IMG/VR virus record: IMGVR_UViG_3300027762_000294 | Coordinates: 11,469-75,468 of that record | DNA length: 64,000 nt | From: a virus | Reading direction: 5' to 3' (one strand) | Shown here: in pieces, positions 63,070 to 64,000 of the stretch | Position numbering within the stretch: position 1 is the first letter of the stretch | Layout: each line of letters opens with the position of its first letter | Translations under genes and position numbers: made by a program | Notes under the pieces: generated by a model | Databases searched by the model: none | Told to the model about the DNA's origin: nothing | The model's input: only the letters and a program-made list of their open reading frames with translations

Positions 63070-63426
63070 TTAATACGAGATGGTCATGGCTTCCATAACG
63101 GCTTGGGTGCCTTCAGGTGTGAAGGTTATTGACATAGTCACATCATTGTCAATAATCATCACTAGATAACCGGTATCCAGATCATAGAAAAAGGGATCGC
63201 CCTGGTGTAAAAACCCTATGGCGCAATCCATTTGCTGTAGCTCTACATGGACCTTCACAAACTTCTCATAATCCTCCGGCAGTGGTTGCTTGGTCATAAT
63301 TTTCACTAACTCAGTCACACCTCCCAAACCCTCATATTCAGTGGAATTGTTGCTCATAGCTTTTAATTCGATGAGTAACATATGGCTGAGAAGTAGTTGT
63401 GTGCCCAAATCGTGTTGTTGTTTCAT
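63070..63426 (-). CDS. Early hypothetical protein, paralog family A (118 aa; start MKQQHD)
   Basis: FLHQGDPFFYDLDTGYLVMIIDN; the longer start in the ORF track coincides with the promoter -35 box. Confidence 0.72.
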   Translation of the reverse strand: MKQQHDLGTQLLLSHMLLIELKAMSNNSTEYEGLGGVTELVKIMTKQPLPEDYEKFVKVHVELQQMDCAIGFLHQGDPFFYDLDTGYLVMIIDNDVTMSITFTPEGTQAVMEAMTISY

Positions 63427-63460
63427 GTTAAACCGCCCTTTGTTTAGTTTTGATAATGTA

Positions 63461-63489
63461 ATTATAGCTCGGTTGTGGAAAGAAGTCAA
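63461..63489 (-). promoter_or_regulatory. Strong sigma70 early promoter TTGACT-N17-TATAAT
   Basis: Third copy, first promoter inward from the palindrome. Confidence 0.88.
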
Positions 63490-63667
63490 GGTTTTTTTGA
63501 AAAAAAGTTATAGATTTTTTTCCTTTTTTTGGATTAATTTGTCAAACGTTATCTTAATGAATTCCTTTTTGGCATCCCCGCCGGTTTTTTTCCATAGGAA
63601 TAGCAGATTACATTCCCAAAAGGGAACGGTATGACAGGTAAAAATCCCAAAGACCCCGAAAAACGGA

Positions 63668-64000
63668 TTATTGTCACCTTTAGAGAACGAGGCGTTCAAC
63701 CAATATTTGTTACTTTTGCACTGAAAATAAAATTTTAATCAATTCTCATCGCTATTTTTTAATCAATTCCCATTGGGAACGGTAAAAAATTAATGAATAC
63801 GCTCAATTGGGTATTAGTTAATGTATGCAAAACGCCGTTTTTCAATTAGTAACTAATACTCAATTTGACGTATTCTCTATCTTTACCGTTCCCAATGGGA
63901 ATTGATTAAAAAATAGCGATGAGAATTGATTAAAATTTTATTTTCAGTGCAAAAGTAACAAATATTGGTTGAACGCCTCGTTCTCTAAAGGTGACAATAA
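63668..64000. repeat. Large inverted repeat with imperfect palindromic centre (runs to window edge)
   Basis: 63668-63786 is the reverse complement of 63882-64000 (119 bp); centre 63787-63881 pairs only partially, apex near 63835. Confidence 0.93.

Noticed and set aside
1-64000. Stop-codon reassignment, tRNA or rRNA genes
   Set aside because: Genes are full length and densely packed under the standard code; no cloverleaf or rRNA-like sequence recognised by eye

Overview
A 64-kb piece of a tailed dsDNA phage (siphovirus-like), probably infecting a Gram-negative host. All product calls come from reading motifs by eye; no database searches were run. Plus strand 1-18.3 kb: nucleotide metabolism (NrdA C-terminus, MtrA-like/thymidylate synthase fusion), Dam methylase, an exported cell-envelope cluster (L,D-transpeptidase, lytic transglycosylase, M48 peptidase), a TOPRIM-SF3 primase-helicase, family B polymerase, terminase large subunit and a beta-clamp-like protein. 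Minus strand 18.4-57 kb: portal, scaffold, P22-type coat, two paralogous tail-tube-like proteins, a gene split by an ORF-less group II intron, a -1 frameshift tail chaperone pair, lysis genes and a 7,744-aa tape measure protein carrying transglycosylase and NlpC/P60 domains. 57-58.5 kb is non-coding and repeat-rich, with a 312-bp tandem duplication. 58.5-63.5 kb is an early array of paralogous small genes, punctuated by a conserved GNRA-tetraloop hairpin and three near-identical sigma70 promoters. The window ends inside a large palindrome (119-bp perfect arms visible, imperfectly paired 95-nt centre) that looks like a poxvirus-style hairpin telomere or replication junction.
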